Source of the DNA: Patescibacteria group bacterium
GTDB lineage: Bacteria; Patescibacteriota; Patescibacteriia; UM-FILTER-42-10
Direction of reading: 5' to 3'
Length of the DNA: 64,000 nucleotides
Assembly: GCA_041664365.1 (NCBI GenBank)
Contig: JBAYKW010000004.1
Coordinates: 11,013 to 75,012 of the forward strand
Every line of letters begins with the position of its first letter. Within the stretch, counting starts at the first letter, position 1. Below the pieces are notes generated by a model. That model made no database searches and was not told the origin of the DNA. It saw only the letters and a list, made by a program, of their open reading frames with translations. Both the position numbers and the translations under genes were made by a program. This document shows positions 19,948 to 29,718 of this stretch, piece by piece.

Positions 19948-21252
19948 TTAAAATCCTTCATAATCACGCATTACGAGTTTCGATTCTATCTGTTTAACAG
20001 TCTCCAGAACAACACTCACAACGATTAAGAGACTGGTTCCGCCAAGCACTAATGACTGTATGCCGGTTGCAGCCTGGACAACAAACGGTAAGACTGCGAT
20101 CGCGCCGAGAAATAATGCACCGGTCAAGAGTATTCGATTTGAAACATACCCTAAGTATTCGGTCGTCGGTCTTCCTGGACGAATACCTGGAACAAAGCCG
20201 CCCTGCTTCTGCAGATTTTCCGATATTTGATCCGGATGGAAAATTACCGCAGTATAAAAATAAGTAAATGCCACTACAAATGTAAAATAGGTAATCCCGT
20301 AGAAAAGCTGATTGTTAAATATATTTACAACCCACTGCGCAAAATTCGCAATCCACGCGGTATCAGACCCGATAAAATACTGCGCGATTATTGGCGGAAT
20401 TAATACAATGGAAATTGCAAAAATGATCGGAATAACCCCGGCCTGATTTACACGCAACGGCAGATGAGTATTAACTCCACCATATACTTTATTACCCCTG
20501 ATTCGCCTAGCGTATGATACCGGGATGTTTCTCTGCCCCTCGGTAATGATAACTACACCGGTTATAGTTATTATACCAATGATTATAAATGCTAAATATG
20601 TAAATATCTGACTCGGGTCAAACACGGCAAAAGTCTGTTGAATTGACCTCGGCAAAGCGGCAATAATACCGGCAAAAATCAATACGGAAATTCCGTTTCC
20701 AATCCCCTTTTCAGTGATTAATTCTCCCAGCCACATTAACAGCATACTGCCAGCGGTAATCATAATAATCGCTGAAGCCCATTGGAATGAGGTTAAATTA
20801 CCGATTATACCCTGTGCCGTAGCGCCAGCCGCTGATCCGCCTGTTCTCTGTAGTATCGTAATCGTGCTGTAAGCCTGTAAAGCAGCGAGTGGCACGGCAA
20901 GCAACCTTTGATACTGGTTTATTTTTGCCCTTCCAGCTTCTCCGTCTTTCTGCATTTCCTGCAGACGAGGGACGATCATTACCAGCAATTGGAAAATAAT
21001 TGAGGCAGTGATATAAGGCCCTAGCCCAAGCATTACTACAGAAAAATTCTCCAGCGCTCCGCCGGAAAACATGTTCAATAGTCCCAACACCTGATTGGAG
21101 TTAAAAAAGTTTTTCAGATTCTCTACATCCACTCCTGGTACCGGTACATGTGCAGCAATCCTGAAAACTAAAAGAAGGCCTAAAACATATAGGATTTTAT
21201 TCCGAATGTCTTTTACCTTCCATAATTGGAGCACTTTTGAAAATGCGGACAT
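19948..21252 (-). CDS. secY: Preprotein translocase SecY
   Basis: 10 TM helices, conserved SecY segments; canonical position after rplO. Confidence 0.9.
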   Translation of the reverse strand: MSAFSKVLQLWKVKDIRNKILYVLGLLLVFRIAAHVPVPGVDVENLKNFFNSNQVLGLLNMFSGGALENFSVVMLGLGPYITASIIFQLLVMIVPRLQEMQKDGEAGRAKINQYQRLLAVPLAALQAYSTITILQRTGGSAAGATAQGIIGNLTSFQWASAIIMITAGSMLLMWLGELITEKGIGNGISVLIFAGIIAALPRSIQQTFAVFDPSQIFTYLAFIIIGIITITGVVIITEGQRNIPVSYARRIRGNKVYGGVNTHLPLRVNQAGVIPIIFAISIVLIPPIIAQYFIGSDTAWIANFAQWVVNIFNNQLFYGITYFTFVVAFTYFYTAVIFHPDQISENLQKQGGFVPGIRPGRPTTEYLGYVSNRILLTGALFLGAIAVLPFVVQAATGIQSLVLGGTSLLIVVSVVLETVKQIESKLVMRDYEGF

Positions 21253-21255
21253 GCC

Positions 21256-21768
21256 TTATTTTCCTTTTTCTTTTTTTTCTTTTCTTTCTTGCTCTATTTT
21301 TTGTTGACGAGAAGGTTGTCGTTCAATCACGATTACATTACCTCCTGCTTTTTTTATAGCATCTTCAGCAGATTTTGAAAAGCGATGTGCGGAAACTGTA
21401 ATTTTCTTTTTGATTGATCCGTTACTCAGTATTTTAATGCCGGGATATATTTCCGGTACCAGTTTTGCTTTCAATATCTTCGCTGGAGTAATATTTGCAC
21501 CTTCTTCAAATGCGGCATTTAACTGATTCAAATTCACAATATGCATTTGCAGTTTAAAACTCTTGAATCCTCTGGTTTTAGCAACTTGTCTGATAAATGA
21601 AGGTGCTTTTTTACCATGATGAACCGCTTTGCGTCTCCCGCCTGAGCGTGATCGTTGCCCCTTCAATCCTCTACCGCCGTATGTTCCACCTTTACCAGAA
21701 TCACCACGCGCTATTCTGTTGCGTTTCTTTCTGTTGGATGTTTTTAAATTTGATAATTTTAATGTCAT
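21256..21768 (-). CDS. rplO: Ribosomal protein L15 with an extended basic C-terminus
   Basis: N-terminal Gly/Arg-rich L15 signature KGGTYGGRGLKGQRSRSGG. Confidence 0.85.
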   Translation of the reverse strand: MTLKLSNLKTSNRKKRNRIARGDSGKGGTYGGRGLKGQRSRSGGRRKAVHHGKKAPSFIRQVAKTRGFKSFKLQMHIVNLNQLNAAFEEGANITPAKILKAKLVPEIYPGIKILSNGSIKKKITVSAHRFSKSAEDAIKKAGGNVIVIERQPSRQQKIEQERKEKKEKGK

Positions 21769-21774
21769 AATATA

Positions 21775-22281
21775 TTAAGATCTTTTTAGTTGTTCAATTT
21801 CCTCTTTTGTTCTCATTTTCTTCAATGCCTGAATAGTCGCACGAACATTACTGATCTTATTCTTAGAAGCAAGCATTTTACTGACAACGTTTTTAATTCC
21901 GGACAGCTCTAATACCGCTCTTACCGGTCCGCCGGCAATAATTCCCCTACCTTGTGTCGCAGGCTTTAATAATACCTGCGCTCCGCAGTTTTTTTCTAAC
22001 ATCATATGCGGAATGGAATCTTTCACTATTTTTACAGTAAATATTTCTTTCTTTGCCGAGGCAATCGCTTTATTTACAGCAGACGCGACATCCGCCCCCT
22101 TACTGACACCCATACCGACTTTTCCTTTGCGATCACCAATAACAACACATGCCCGAAAGCGCATTCTTTTTCCGCCGGCTTGTACCCTTGTTACGCGAGT
22201 GATTTCGATGACCTTTTGGTCAAATTCATCTTTTTCGCGATCGTCTTTTTTTGGAAATCTCTTTGATGTATTTTGTGCCAT
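21775..22281 (-). CDS. rpsE: Ribosomal protein S5
   Basis: RVTRVQAGGKRMRFRACVVIGDRKGKVGMG. Confidence 0.9.
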   Translation of the reverse strand: MAQNTSKRFPKKDDREKDEFDQKVIEITRVTRVQAGGKRMRFRACVVIGDRKGKVGMGVSKGADVASAVNKAIASAKKEIFTVKIVKDSIPHMMLEKNCGAQVLLKPATQGRGIIAGGPVRAVLELSGIKNVVSKMLASKNKISNVRATIQALKKMRTKEEIEQLKRS

Positions 22282-22295
22282 TTACATGTATTTTA

Positions 22296-22661
22296 TTAGA
22301 ATTTAAGTCCGCCTTCTCGGGCACCTTCCGCCACTGCTTTTATCCTACCATGATATCTGACTCCAGCTCTATCGAATACAATCTCTGTGACCTTCTTTGC
22401 TTTTGCAAGTTCAGCAATCGATTTACCGACTTCGCGGGCTACCTCAACCTTGGTCCCAGTTTGTTTATCTTTCGCAAGTTTTTGATCATCAATGCTGACG
22501 ATTGTTACTCCGGCATCATCATTTATTATCTGAACATAAATATGTTTAAGACTTCTGTGCACAGCTAAACGAGGCCGTGTTGCACTACCATGAATTTTAG
22601 CTCTGGTTCGGGCTTTTCTTCTTTTTCGCGTTATTCTCTTTTGGATCAATATTTTTTTCAT
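22296..22661 (-). CDS. rplR: Ribosomal protein L18
   Basis: RPRLAVHRSLKHIYVQIIND. Confidence 0.85.
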   Translation of the reverse strand: MKKILIQKRITRKRRKARTRAKIHGSATRPRLAVHRSLKHIYVQIINDDAGVTIVSIDDQKLAKDKQTGTKVEVAREVGKSIAELAKAKKVTEIVFDRAGVRYHGRIKAVAEGAREGGLKF

Positions 22662-22691
22662 GATTCTCTAAACAATTAATATTCCTAATTA

Positions 22692-23240
22692 TTATTTCTC
22701 TGAACTTTTAACCACTTTGCCCGCTTTACGGCGGATTTTCTCATCAACATACTTCATACCTTTACCTTTATAGGGTTCCGGTTTTTTTATGTCTCTGATT
22801 TCTGCCGCAGTCTGGCCAACTTTTTGCTTATCAATTCCAGAGATAGTGATTACATTTTTAACAATTTTTCCTTCAATACCTTCCGGCAGATCATAATTAA
22901 CCGGGTGAGAAAAACCAACATTTAAAAGTAACTTATTCCCGGCTAGTTCCATTTTAAATCCTACTCCGTTTAACTCAAGCTGCTTCTCAAATCCATCAGT
23001 TACACCCTTTACCATGTTTGCAATCAACATTCTGTATAATCCCCAATATGCTCTGTCAGTTTTATTATCAGGATTTTTTACTGTAACTAAAATATTATTC
23101 TCCACTTTTTCAATTCTGACTCTGGAATCAACATCCTGTGTTAACTCCCCCTTCGGTCCTTTGATAGTTACTAACTTGTCTTCAAAACTGAAAGTAACAT
23201 TTTCCGGGAGATTGATTGGTTGTTTACCTATTCTTGACAT
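22692..23240 (-). CDS. rplF: Ribosomal protein L6
   Basis: MSRIGKQPINLPENV..KGPKGEL. Confidence 0.9.
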   Translation of the reverse strand: MSRIGKQPINLPENVTFSFEDKLVTIKGPKGELTQDVDSRVRIEKVENNILVTVKNPDNKTDRAYWGLYRMLIANMVKGVTDGFEKQLELNGVGFKMELAGNKLLLNVGFSHPVNYDLPEGIEGKIVKNVITISGIDKQKVGQTAAEIRDIKKPEPYKGKGMKYVDEKIRRKAGKVVKSSEK

Positions 23241-23248
23241 AATCTTGT

Positions 23249-23644
23249 TTAATAAATTTCACAAATTACCTCTCCGCCGATTTTTTTCTTTTTTGCGTCT
23301 ATATTCGTCATTAACCCTGCAGATGTAGACAGGATAGCAATTCCTAAACCGTTCAGAACATTTGGTATCTGCTGATATTCAACATAAACACGTCGGCCGG
23401 GCTTACTTACCCTAATCAGGCTTTTAATGATTGATTCCTGGTCTGGCGTATATTTCAGCTCAATATTGATATTAGCAAAATTATCGTCAGATTTCTCAAC
23501 CTTTTTTACATAACCTTCTTTTTCCAGAATTTTTGCTATCTCAAACTTAATCTTAGAAAAAGGAATTACGACTTTTTCTTTCTTTAACGGAACTGTATTC
23601 CGGATCCGTGTTAACATATCTGCAATTGGATCTGTGGTTGTCAT
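23249..23644 (-). CDS. rpsH: Ribosomal protein S8
   Basis: TDPIADMLTRIRN. Confidence 0.9.
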   Translation of the reverse strand: MTTTDPIADMLTRIRNTVPLKKEKVVIPFSKIKFEIAKILEKEGYVKKVEKSDDNFANINIELKYTPDQESIIKSLIRVSKPGRRVYVEYQQIPNVLNGLGIAILSTSAGLMTNIDAKKKKIGGEVICEIY

Positions 23645-23680
23645 AGAATACTAAATAATAATTACTGTTTAAATCAAATA

Positions 23681-23875
23681 TTACCAGCTTGATTTTGTTA
23701 TACCAGGGATCTCGCCTTTATTCGCTAGTTCCCGAAAACAAATTCTGCAAAGGTCGAATTTTCGCATGTAACCATGCTGTCTTCCACAACGCCAACATCT
23801 GCTTACTTTTCTAGTTGAATACTTTGGATTTACTAGAGACCTTTTGGATTTTGCAATTTGTGATTTTTTTGCCAT
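23681..23875 (-). CDS. rpsN: Ribosomal protein S14, type Z (zinc-binding, 64 aa)
   Basis: [23 protein letters not shown]. Confidence 0.85.
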   Translation of the reverse strand: MAKKSQIAKSKRSLVNPKYSTRKVSRCWRCGRQHGYMRKFDLCRICFRELANKGEIPGITKSSW

Positions 23876-23877
23876 AC

Positions 23878-24420
23878 TTATTCCTCTTGAAAAGGTAAAC
23901 CTAATAAGGTAAATAGAGCCAATCCTTCTTCTTTTGTTTTTGCTGTTGTTGAAATATTTACTTCCAGACCATGAATGGCTTCTATTTCATCTGGATGAAT
24001 CTCTGGAAAAACTGTGTGTTCTACAAAGCCGATACTTAAATTTCCTTTATCACTTACTGACTTCTTTGATATTCCCCTGAAATCTCTGACACGAGGCAGA
24101 CTAATGCTGATTAATTTGGTCAGAAAATCATACATTCTATCCCCTCTCAATGTCACCATAACACCGACTGTCATTCCTGCTCTGATTTTAAAATTGGAAA
24201 TTGATTTTTTTGATTTTGTTAACACAGGCTTTTGCCCTGTTATACGCTCCAGTGTATTTTTAACAACATCTAAAAATTTGGCGTCATTGATTGCCCTACC
24301 AACTCCGACATTGAGTGTCACTTTGTCAATTCTCGGAACTGCCATTGCATTTTTGTATCCTAACTCTTCCATCAAAACTGGAACTATTTCTTTCTTATAT
24401 TTTTCCTTTAAGCTGTTCAT
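23878..24420 (-). CDS. rplE: Ribosomal protein L5
   Basis: Operon position and L5 consensus (..[10 protein letters not shown]..). Confidence 0.9.
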   Translation of the reverse strand: MNSLKEKYKKEIVPVLMEELGYKNAMAVPRIDKVTLNVGVGRAINDAKFLDVVKNTLERITGQKPVLTKSKKSISNFKIRAGMTVGVMVTLRGDRMYDFLTKLISISLPRVRDFRGISKKSVSDKGNLSIGFVEHTVFPEIHPDEIEAIHGLEVNISTTAKTKEEGLALFTLLGLPFQEE

Positions 24421-24427
24421 ATTTCTA

Positions 24428-24733
24428 CTATATTACTTCGTTACACTTTTTGCAGATTCTATTTTTTTTCTTTTCAATAAATTTATGACCTATTCTTGTC
24501 AGTTTGCTGCATTTCGGACATATTAACATTACATTTTCTTCCCGCATAGGAGCACTGAACTGTACCTTTTCACCTTTTTGACCTTCTTTCTTTGGCCTAG
24601 CATGTTTAATGCGCAGATTCAAACCTTCCACTACAACAAAACCTTCTTTAGGAAAAACCTGCATAACCTTGCCCTTTTTTGCCCGGTCTTTACCTTTTAC
24701 AATTTTTACTTGATCGCCTTTTTTTACTTTCAT
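24428..24733 (-). CDS. rplX: Ribosomal protein L24 (KOW) with an unusual C-terminal Cys4 ribbon
   Basis: MKVKKGDQVKIVKGKDRAKKGKV.. KOW domain; C-terminus CPKCSKLTRIGHKF..RICKKCNEVI. Confidence 0.85.
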   Translation of the reverse strand: MKVKKGDQVKIVKGKDRAKKGKVMQVFPKEGFVVVEGLNLRIKHARPKKEGQKGEKVQFSAPMREENVMLICPKCSKLTRIGHKFIEKKKNRICKKCNEVI

Positions 24734-24742
24734 ATATTTAGT

Positions 24743-25114
24743 TTAAATTGTTTCCGGTGCCAATGATACTATTTTATCAAAACCTCTTGTTTTTAACTCT
24801 CTGGCCACCGGTCCAAAAATTCTGGTCCCCTTCGGCTCTTTATTGGCTTTATCTACAATTACCGCAGCATTTTCATCAAATCTTATGTATGATCCGTCTT
24901 TTCTTCTCAGTTCTTTGGCCTGACGGACGATTACTGCCTGCAGTACTTCTCCTTTTTTCACCATACCGTATGGGGTAGCAACTTTTACAGCGACAGTAAT
25001 TATATCACCAATATATGCATACCGCCTCTGATTACCGCCAAGTACACGAATACACTGCAAAACTTTTGCTCCGGTATTGTCTGCTACTTTTAATCTTGTT
25101 CCAACTTGAATCAT
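24743..25114 (-). CDS. rplN: Ribosomal protein L14
   Basis: [17 protein letters not shown]. Confidence 0.9.
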   Translation of the reverse strand: MIQVGTRLKVADNTGAKVLQCIRVLGGNQRRYAYIGDIITVAVKVATPYGMVKKGEVLQAVIVRQAKELRRKDGSYIRFDENAAVIVDKANKEPKGTRIFGPVARELKTRGFDKIVSLAPETI

Positions 25115-25122
25115 ATTCTTAT

Positions 25123-25190
25123 TTTGTAATCGGTAATTGGTAGTTCGTAATTATTTATTTTATTAATTACCAATTACGAGTTACTAATTA
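25123..25190. repeat. Heptad-repeat palindromic intergenic element (copy A), between rpsQ and rplN
   Basis: ggTAATTGgtagttcGTAATTA...TAATTACcAATTACgagttacTAATTAC: inverted arrays of the GTAATT heptad. Confidence 0.6.
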
Positions 25191-25475
25191 CTTATTCTTA
25201 TTAACCACTCTCCATCTTTTGTCCTTTGAAATGGGACGGCATTCAATAAATTCCACAGTATCACCCTTCTTGTATTCGTTTTTTTCGTCATGAACTTTAT
25301 ATTTTCTGGATACAGTGTATTGTTTCTGATATTTTTCATGCGTTTTAACCCGGTCAACACGAACAACGACTGTTTTATCCATGGCATCGCTAACAACAAC
25401 CCCGACAAAATTTCTTTTGCTCGGAAGAGATTTGTTTGTTTCAACCAGTTCTTTTGTTGTAATTTCTTCGTTCAT
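25188..25475 (-). CDS. rpsQ: Ribosomal protein S17
   Basis: [31 protein letters not shown]; the overlapping 25184..25444 ORF is a spurious alternate frame. Confidence 0.85.
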   Translation of the reverse strand: MNEEITTKELVETNKSLPSKRNFVGVVVSDAMDKTVVVRVDRVKTHEKYQKQYTVSRKYKVHDEKNEYKKGDTVEFIECRPISKDKRWRVVNKNK

Positions 25476-25483
25476 ACGTGTGT

Positions 25484-25693
25484 TTATTTATCAGAAGTCT
25501 TAGCTTTCATTTGTTTTTGTTTGATCAAGGTCATGATATTTGAAATATTCTTTCTTTCAGTTCTGATTTCACGAACATTTTTCAATTGATCATTATTCGT
25601 TTTAAATCGCAATTCCCTCAAATGCTCTCTTGAATCTGATAAAAGCTTTTGAAGTTCGCTGTCGTTCTTTTCCTGTAATTCTTTCCATTTCAT
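25484..25693 (-). CDS. rpmC: Ribosomal protein L29
   Basis: 69 aa helical protein; position between rplP and rpsQ. Confidence 0.8.
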   Translation of the reverse strand: MKWKELQEKNDSELQKLLSDSREHLRELRFKTNNDQLKNVREIRTERKNISNIMTLIKQKQMKAKTSDK

Positions 25694-25695
25694 GG

Positions 25696-26109
25696 CTATA
25701 TTCCTTCCTTAACAAGTATCTTGGTTTTTACCGGGAGTTTATGCGAAGCCAGTCTGAATGCTTCACGAGCGATTTCTTCTGTTACACCATCCATTTCAAA
25801 CAATATAGTACCGCTTCTGACGGATGAAACATATCTCTGCACTGCTCCCTTGCCACCGCCCATACCGACTTCCCCGCCTTTCCCGGTTATAGGGTTGTGT
25901 GGAAATACTCTGGTCCATATTTTTCCACCGCGTTTTACTGAACGGGTCATGGCTCTTCTTGCCGATTCAATTTGTCTGTCAGAAATCCAGGAATTCTCAA
26001 GAGATTTTAAACCGTAACTCCCAAAGGCTAATTCAATTTTTCTGGAAGCCTTTCCTTTTGGATTTGGTTTATATGGTTTTCTGTATTTTAATTTCTTTGG
26101 AGTCAGCAT
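25696..26109 (-). CDS. rplP: Ribosomal protein L16
   Basis: MLTPKKLKYRKPYK.. Confidence 0.9.
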   Translation of the reverse strand: MLTPKKLKYRKPYKPNPKGKASRKIELAFGSYGLKSLENSWISDRQIESARRAMTRSVKRGGKIWTRVFPHNPITGKGGEVGMGGGKGAVQRYVSSVRSGTILFEMDGVTEEIAREAFRLASHKLPVKTKILVKEGI

Positions 26110-26124
26110 AATTTTACTGTTCTT

Positions 26125-26793
26125 CTATTTAGATTCTTTATTACTATTTTTATCTTTTTCAAAAATTTCGCCTCTGTAGATCCATACTTTGATTCCGATT
26201 GCTCCGTATGTAGTTCTGGCAGTTCCTCTGGAGTAGTCAACATCCGCGCGTAAAGTATGCAGCGGTACCTTTCCTTCTGAAAGAGTCTCAGTTCTGGCTA
26301 TTTCTGCACCATTTAATCTTCCGGCCATTACAATCTTTACACCTTCCGCTCCGGCACGCATAACCTGCTCTATTCCTCTCTTCATAACTCTTCTAAACGG
26401 AAGTCGTTTTTCAATTTGTGTTATTAAACCCTGCAATATCAGTTCAGCTACAATATCCGGCTTGTTAACTTCCACAATATTTATGTTCAAAGATATTTTT
26501 TGACTGCCTAAAAATTTTTGTTTGATAATTTTTTTCAAATCCTCTATTCCTGCTCCGCCTCTGCCGATTACAACACCCGGCCTGCTGGTCTGAATAATAA
26601 TAGTTAATGTGCCAGATGAGCGCTCTATCTCAATTCGAGCAACACCCGCTTCACGCAATTTTTTTCTTATAAAATCCCGAATCTGGACATCTTCCTTCAA
26701 ATAAACGCTATAATTCTTCTGCGCAAACCATTTTGAGCAAGACTCATTAATTATACCGATTCGAAATATTCTTGGATTAACTTTTCGTCCCAT
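26125..26793 (-). CDS. rpsC: Ribosomal protein S3
   Basis: MGRKVNPRIFRIGI; KH domain. Confidence 0.9.
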   Translation of the reverse strand: MGRKVNPRIFRIGIINESCSKWFAQKNYSVYLKEDVQIRDFIRKKLREAGVARIEIERSSGTLTIIIQTSRPGVVIGRGGAGIEDLKKIIKQKFLGSQKISLNINIVEVNKPDIVAELILQGLITQIEKRLPFRRVMKRGIEQVMRAGAEGVKIVMAGRLNGAEIARTETLSEGKVPLHTLRADVDYSRGTARTTYGAIGIKVWIYRGEIFEKDKNSNKESK

Positions 26794-26795
26794 GG

Positions 26796-27341
26796 TTATT
26801 TATCTCCTGAATGAATAAGCATACTCTTTTTGCCCTTAAAACGGCCGCTGAACCTTTTATCTTTCCCGTCTCCTTTTTCATCCTTGTCTTTAGTATCCTG
26901 CGTTTCTTTCCTCAGTTCTTTTGCATCCACAATTTTCAAATCCTCTTTTGGAGATTTCTTATCTTTCTTCTTAAGATCAGCAGAAGCCTGTTTAGTTTTC
27001 TTTACTTCTTCTAAAACGATTAATATATGAGAAGATCTTTTTAATACTTCTGTTGCCCTGCCAAATGCTCTTGGTTTCCAGCGTTTAAGTACCGGTCCGT
27101 CGTTTACTGTAATCTCTTTAATAAACAAATTGCTTTTGTCTAATTTGAAGTTGTTTACAGCATTTGCCACAGCAGATTTCAGCAGTTTAAGCACTGGCAA
27201 TGCGGATCCCTTTTGCATAAATTGAAGCTGGTGCTCCGCTTTTTCCACATCCATACCTCTTAGGACATCAACAACAAGACGCACTTTTCTTGGTGCTATT
27301 CTTAATCTGCTTAATTTTGCTCTTACTTCCATTTTCTTCAA
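26796..27341 (-). CDS. rplV: Ribosomal protein L22 with a Lys-rich C-terminal extension of about 65 aa
   Basis: MEVRAKLSRLRIAPRKVRLV..; the tail KKTKQASADLKKKDKK.. is non-canonical. Confidence 0.85.
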   Translation of the reverse strand: MKKMEVRAKLSRLRIAPRKVRLVVDVLRGMDVEKAEHQLQFMQKGSALPVLKLLKSAVANAVNNFKLDKSNLFIKEITVNDGPVLKRWKPRAFGRATEVLKRSSHILIVLEEVKKTKQASADLKKKDKKSPKEDLKIVDAKELRKETQDTKDKDEKGDGKDKRFSGRFKGKKSMLIHSGDK

Positions 27342-27356
27342 ATTTACTTATATATT

Positions 27357-27692
27357 TTATTTCTCTGAACCTTTGTCTGCAGGCTGTGACTCCATCTTCT
27401 TGCTTGCTGCAGCTGCCGCTTCTTGTTCTTTCTGCATTCTACCGCCATGTCTGTGGAAAGTCCTGGTTGGGGAAAATTCACCCAGCTTATGACCGACCAT
27501 ATTTTCAACAACATAGACTGATTTGTGTTCTCTGCCATTATGCACACCGATCGTGAAACCAACCATTTCAGGAGTGATTGTTGATGAACGGGACCATGTT
27601 TTAATAATTGTTTTATCGCCCTGCCTTAAGTTTGAAAGCTTTTTTAACAGCTTCGGGTCGGTAAATGGTCCTTTTTTTAGTGATCTTGTCAT
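27357..27692 (-). CDS. rpsS: Ribosomal protein S19
   Basis: [12 protein letters not shown]. Confidence 0.9.
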   Translation of the reverse strand: MTRSLKKGPFTDPKLLKKLSNLRQGDKTIIKTWSRSSTITPEMVGFTIGVHNGREHKSVYVVENMVGHKLGEFSPTRTFHRHGGRMQKEQEAAAAASKKMESQPADKGSEK

Positions 27693-28526
27693 TTATTTGG
27701 TTCTCCGTTTGATAATATGCTTATCAGATTTCTTTCCTTTTCTTCTTGTTTTCTTCCCGAGTGCCGGCTTACCCCATGGGGTCTTTGGCCGTTTCAGACC
27801 GATCGGATTACGACCCTCACCACCACCGTGTGGATGATCTACCGGATTCATTACTTTTCCTCTCACAGTTGGCCGGATTCCTCTTCTTCTGGTTCTGCCC
27901 GCCTTACCCCATCGAATATGTCTGTGATCAGGGTTGGAAACCTGCCCAATAGTAGCCATACATTTGATTGAAACCAGCCTTATTTCGCCAGATGGCATTT
28001 TTAGCTGTGCTTTATCACCTTCAATCGACTGTACCATAATACCATTACCAGCGGATCTTGCTAACTCCCCTCCCTTACCAGGGGCAAGTTCAACATTACA
28101 TACCATGACTCCCGGAGGAATATTTTCAATTGTGGAGCGGTTACCTACTTTCACTTCAACTTTATTTTTTGACGAAATTATTTTTGCTCCTGGTTTTAAA
28201 CCTGCTGGTGCAAGAAAATAACATTTTTCACCGTCTTCGTATTGTACCAGCGCAATTCTGGCATTTCGATTTGGATCATATTCAATTGCCAAAACTTCTG
28301 CATAAACATCAAACTTTTGTCTTTTAAAATCAACTATCCGAATAAATCTTTTATTGCCGCCACCAATGTGTCTGACGGTAATTCTGCCGTGCGCATTACG
28401 TCCGCCGGACTTCTTTTTTATAATTGTCAGCTTTTTTTCTGGTTTATATTTGGTAATATCAGAAAACGAATCAACAGACGATCCCCTTCTTCCAGCACTA
28501 TTAGCTTTGTATTTAGTAATTCCCAT
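27693..28526 (-). CDS. rplB: Ribosomal protein L2
   Basis: ..HIGGGNKR..; Gly/Arg-rich C-terminus. Confidence 0.9.
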   Translation of the reverse strand: MGITKYKANSAGRRGSSVDSFSDITKYKPEKKLTIIKKKSGGRNAHGRITVRHIGGGNKRFIRIVDFKRQKFDVYAEVLAIEYDPNRNARIALVQYEDGEKCYFLAPAGLKPGAKIISSKNKVEVKVGNRSTIENIPPGVMVCNVELAPGKGGELARSAGNGIMVQSIEGDKAQLKMPSGEIRLVSIKCMATIGQVSNPDHRHIRWGKAGRTRRRGIRPTVRGKVMNPVDHPHGGGEGRNPIGLKRPKTPWGKPALGKKTRRKGKKSDKHIIKRRTK

Positions 28527-28535
28527 ATTTTTTTA

Positions 28536-29063
28536 TTAAACTCCTTCGAATATTTCTATTTTCTCGCCTGCTTTTAAACTGACAACTGCTTTTTTCCAAT
28601 ATTTTGTTGTTCCGGAATGACGACCATATTGAACCTGTCTGCCTCGTATATTGATTATTCGTACATTAATTGCGTTAACTCCGTACAGTGCTTTGATCGC
28701 TTTTCTAATTTCTACTTTATTGGCACTTGGATAAACTTCAAATACATACTGACCGAGTACACCTAGACTATTTGCTTTTTCAGTTATAATTGGTCTTACT
28801 AATACCCGATATGCATCTTTGGTATCATTACTTTTTAGTTTCTTTGGAGTACCCTTTACTGCTTCTTTTTCTTTTGCTGAAGTTTCTTTTTTTTGTTCAG
28901 ATTCTTTTCCAACTGACGGCACTAACGAAGGGTCAAATGACCTTGTTTCCGGTTTTTTATTCTTTACATTAGCAACCTTACCTTTCGTTTCAGGCTTTTT
29001 CTCCAGTTTCTTTTCGGGTTTATTTTCTTCACCCTGCTTTTTGAATCGATCAAGTAATCCCAT
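28536..29063 (-). CDS. rplW: Ribosomal protein L23 with a Lys/Glu-rich N-terminal extension of about 80 aa
   Basis: L23 core ..YRVLVRPIITEKA.. starts around residue 84 of 175. Confidence 0.8.
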   Translation of the reverse strand: MGLLDRFKKQGEENKPEKKLEKKPETKGKVANVKNKKPETRSFDPSLVPSVGKESEQKKETSAKEKEAVKGTPKKLKSNDTKDAYRVLVRPIITEKANSLGVLGQYVFEVYPSANKVEIRKAIKALYGVNAINVRIINIRGRQVQYGRHSGTTKYWKKAVVSLKAGEKIEIFEGV

Positions 29064-29067
29064 AATA

Positions 29068-29718
29068 TTATTTCTTTACCTCATCTTTTTTGAAATATGT
29101 CTTTTGCATCTTTGCAATACTATCTTTGGCAATCAATAAATACTCGGCATTCAAAACCTGCATTATGTTTAGATTATCCGCCTGACAGGTTTCAACCATT
29201 GGCAGATTATTTGCAGATTTTGTGATTACCTTATCAGTTTCCGGTACAATTACAAGCGTCTTGTTGTTCTTCACCGGAAGTTTATTCATAATTCCAACTA
29301 AAACCTTTGTCTTTATCTCAGAAAGCTTAAGCGTATCAATCACAACCACTTTTTCATCCTGCGCTCGGTCAGATAGCACCATGAGCAGAGCTTTCTTCTT
29401 TGCCTTGCGATTCATTAGTTTTGAAAAATTCCGATCATTAGTAGGACCGAAGGTAACCCCTCCACCAATCCATAACGGTGAACGGATCGAACCATGTCTT
29501 GCTCTGCCGGTACCTTTTTGAGCCCATGGTTTACGACCTCCACCGCGGACATCACTACGTCCCTTTGTATGGGCCAGAACCTGTCTTTTATTTGCTTGCT
29601 GTCTGATTACTGCTTGCTGGACCAGTTCAGGACTAATCTTAACACCAAAAATTTGGGCTGGTAATTCAATCTCCCCGACACTATTTCCTTCTTGATTATA
29701 AACAGTTACTTTTTTCAT
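29068..29718 (-). CDS. rplD: Ribosomal protein L4
   Basis: Operon position; ..GGGRKPWAQKGTGRAR. Confidence 0.9.
   Translation of the reverse strand: MKKVTVYNQEGNSVGEIELPAQIFGVKISPELVQQAVIRQQANKRQVLAHTKGRSDVRGGGRKPWAQKGTGRARHGSIRSPLWIGGGVTFGPTNDRNFSKLMNRKAKKKALLMVLSDRAQDEKVVVIDTLKLSEIKTKVLVGIMNKLPVKNNKTLVIVPETDKVITKSANNLPMVETCQADNLNIMQVLNAEYLLIAKDSIAKMQKTYFKKDEVKK

Noticed and set aside
25184-25444. 86-aa ORF overlapping rpsQ in another frame
   Set aside because: Its N-terminus comes from the heptad-repeat element and the rest is an out-of-frame read of rpsQ. The S17 frame is unambiguous
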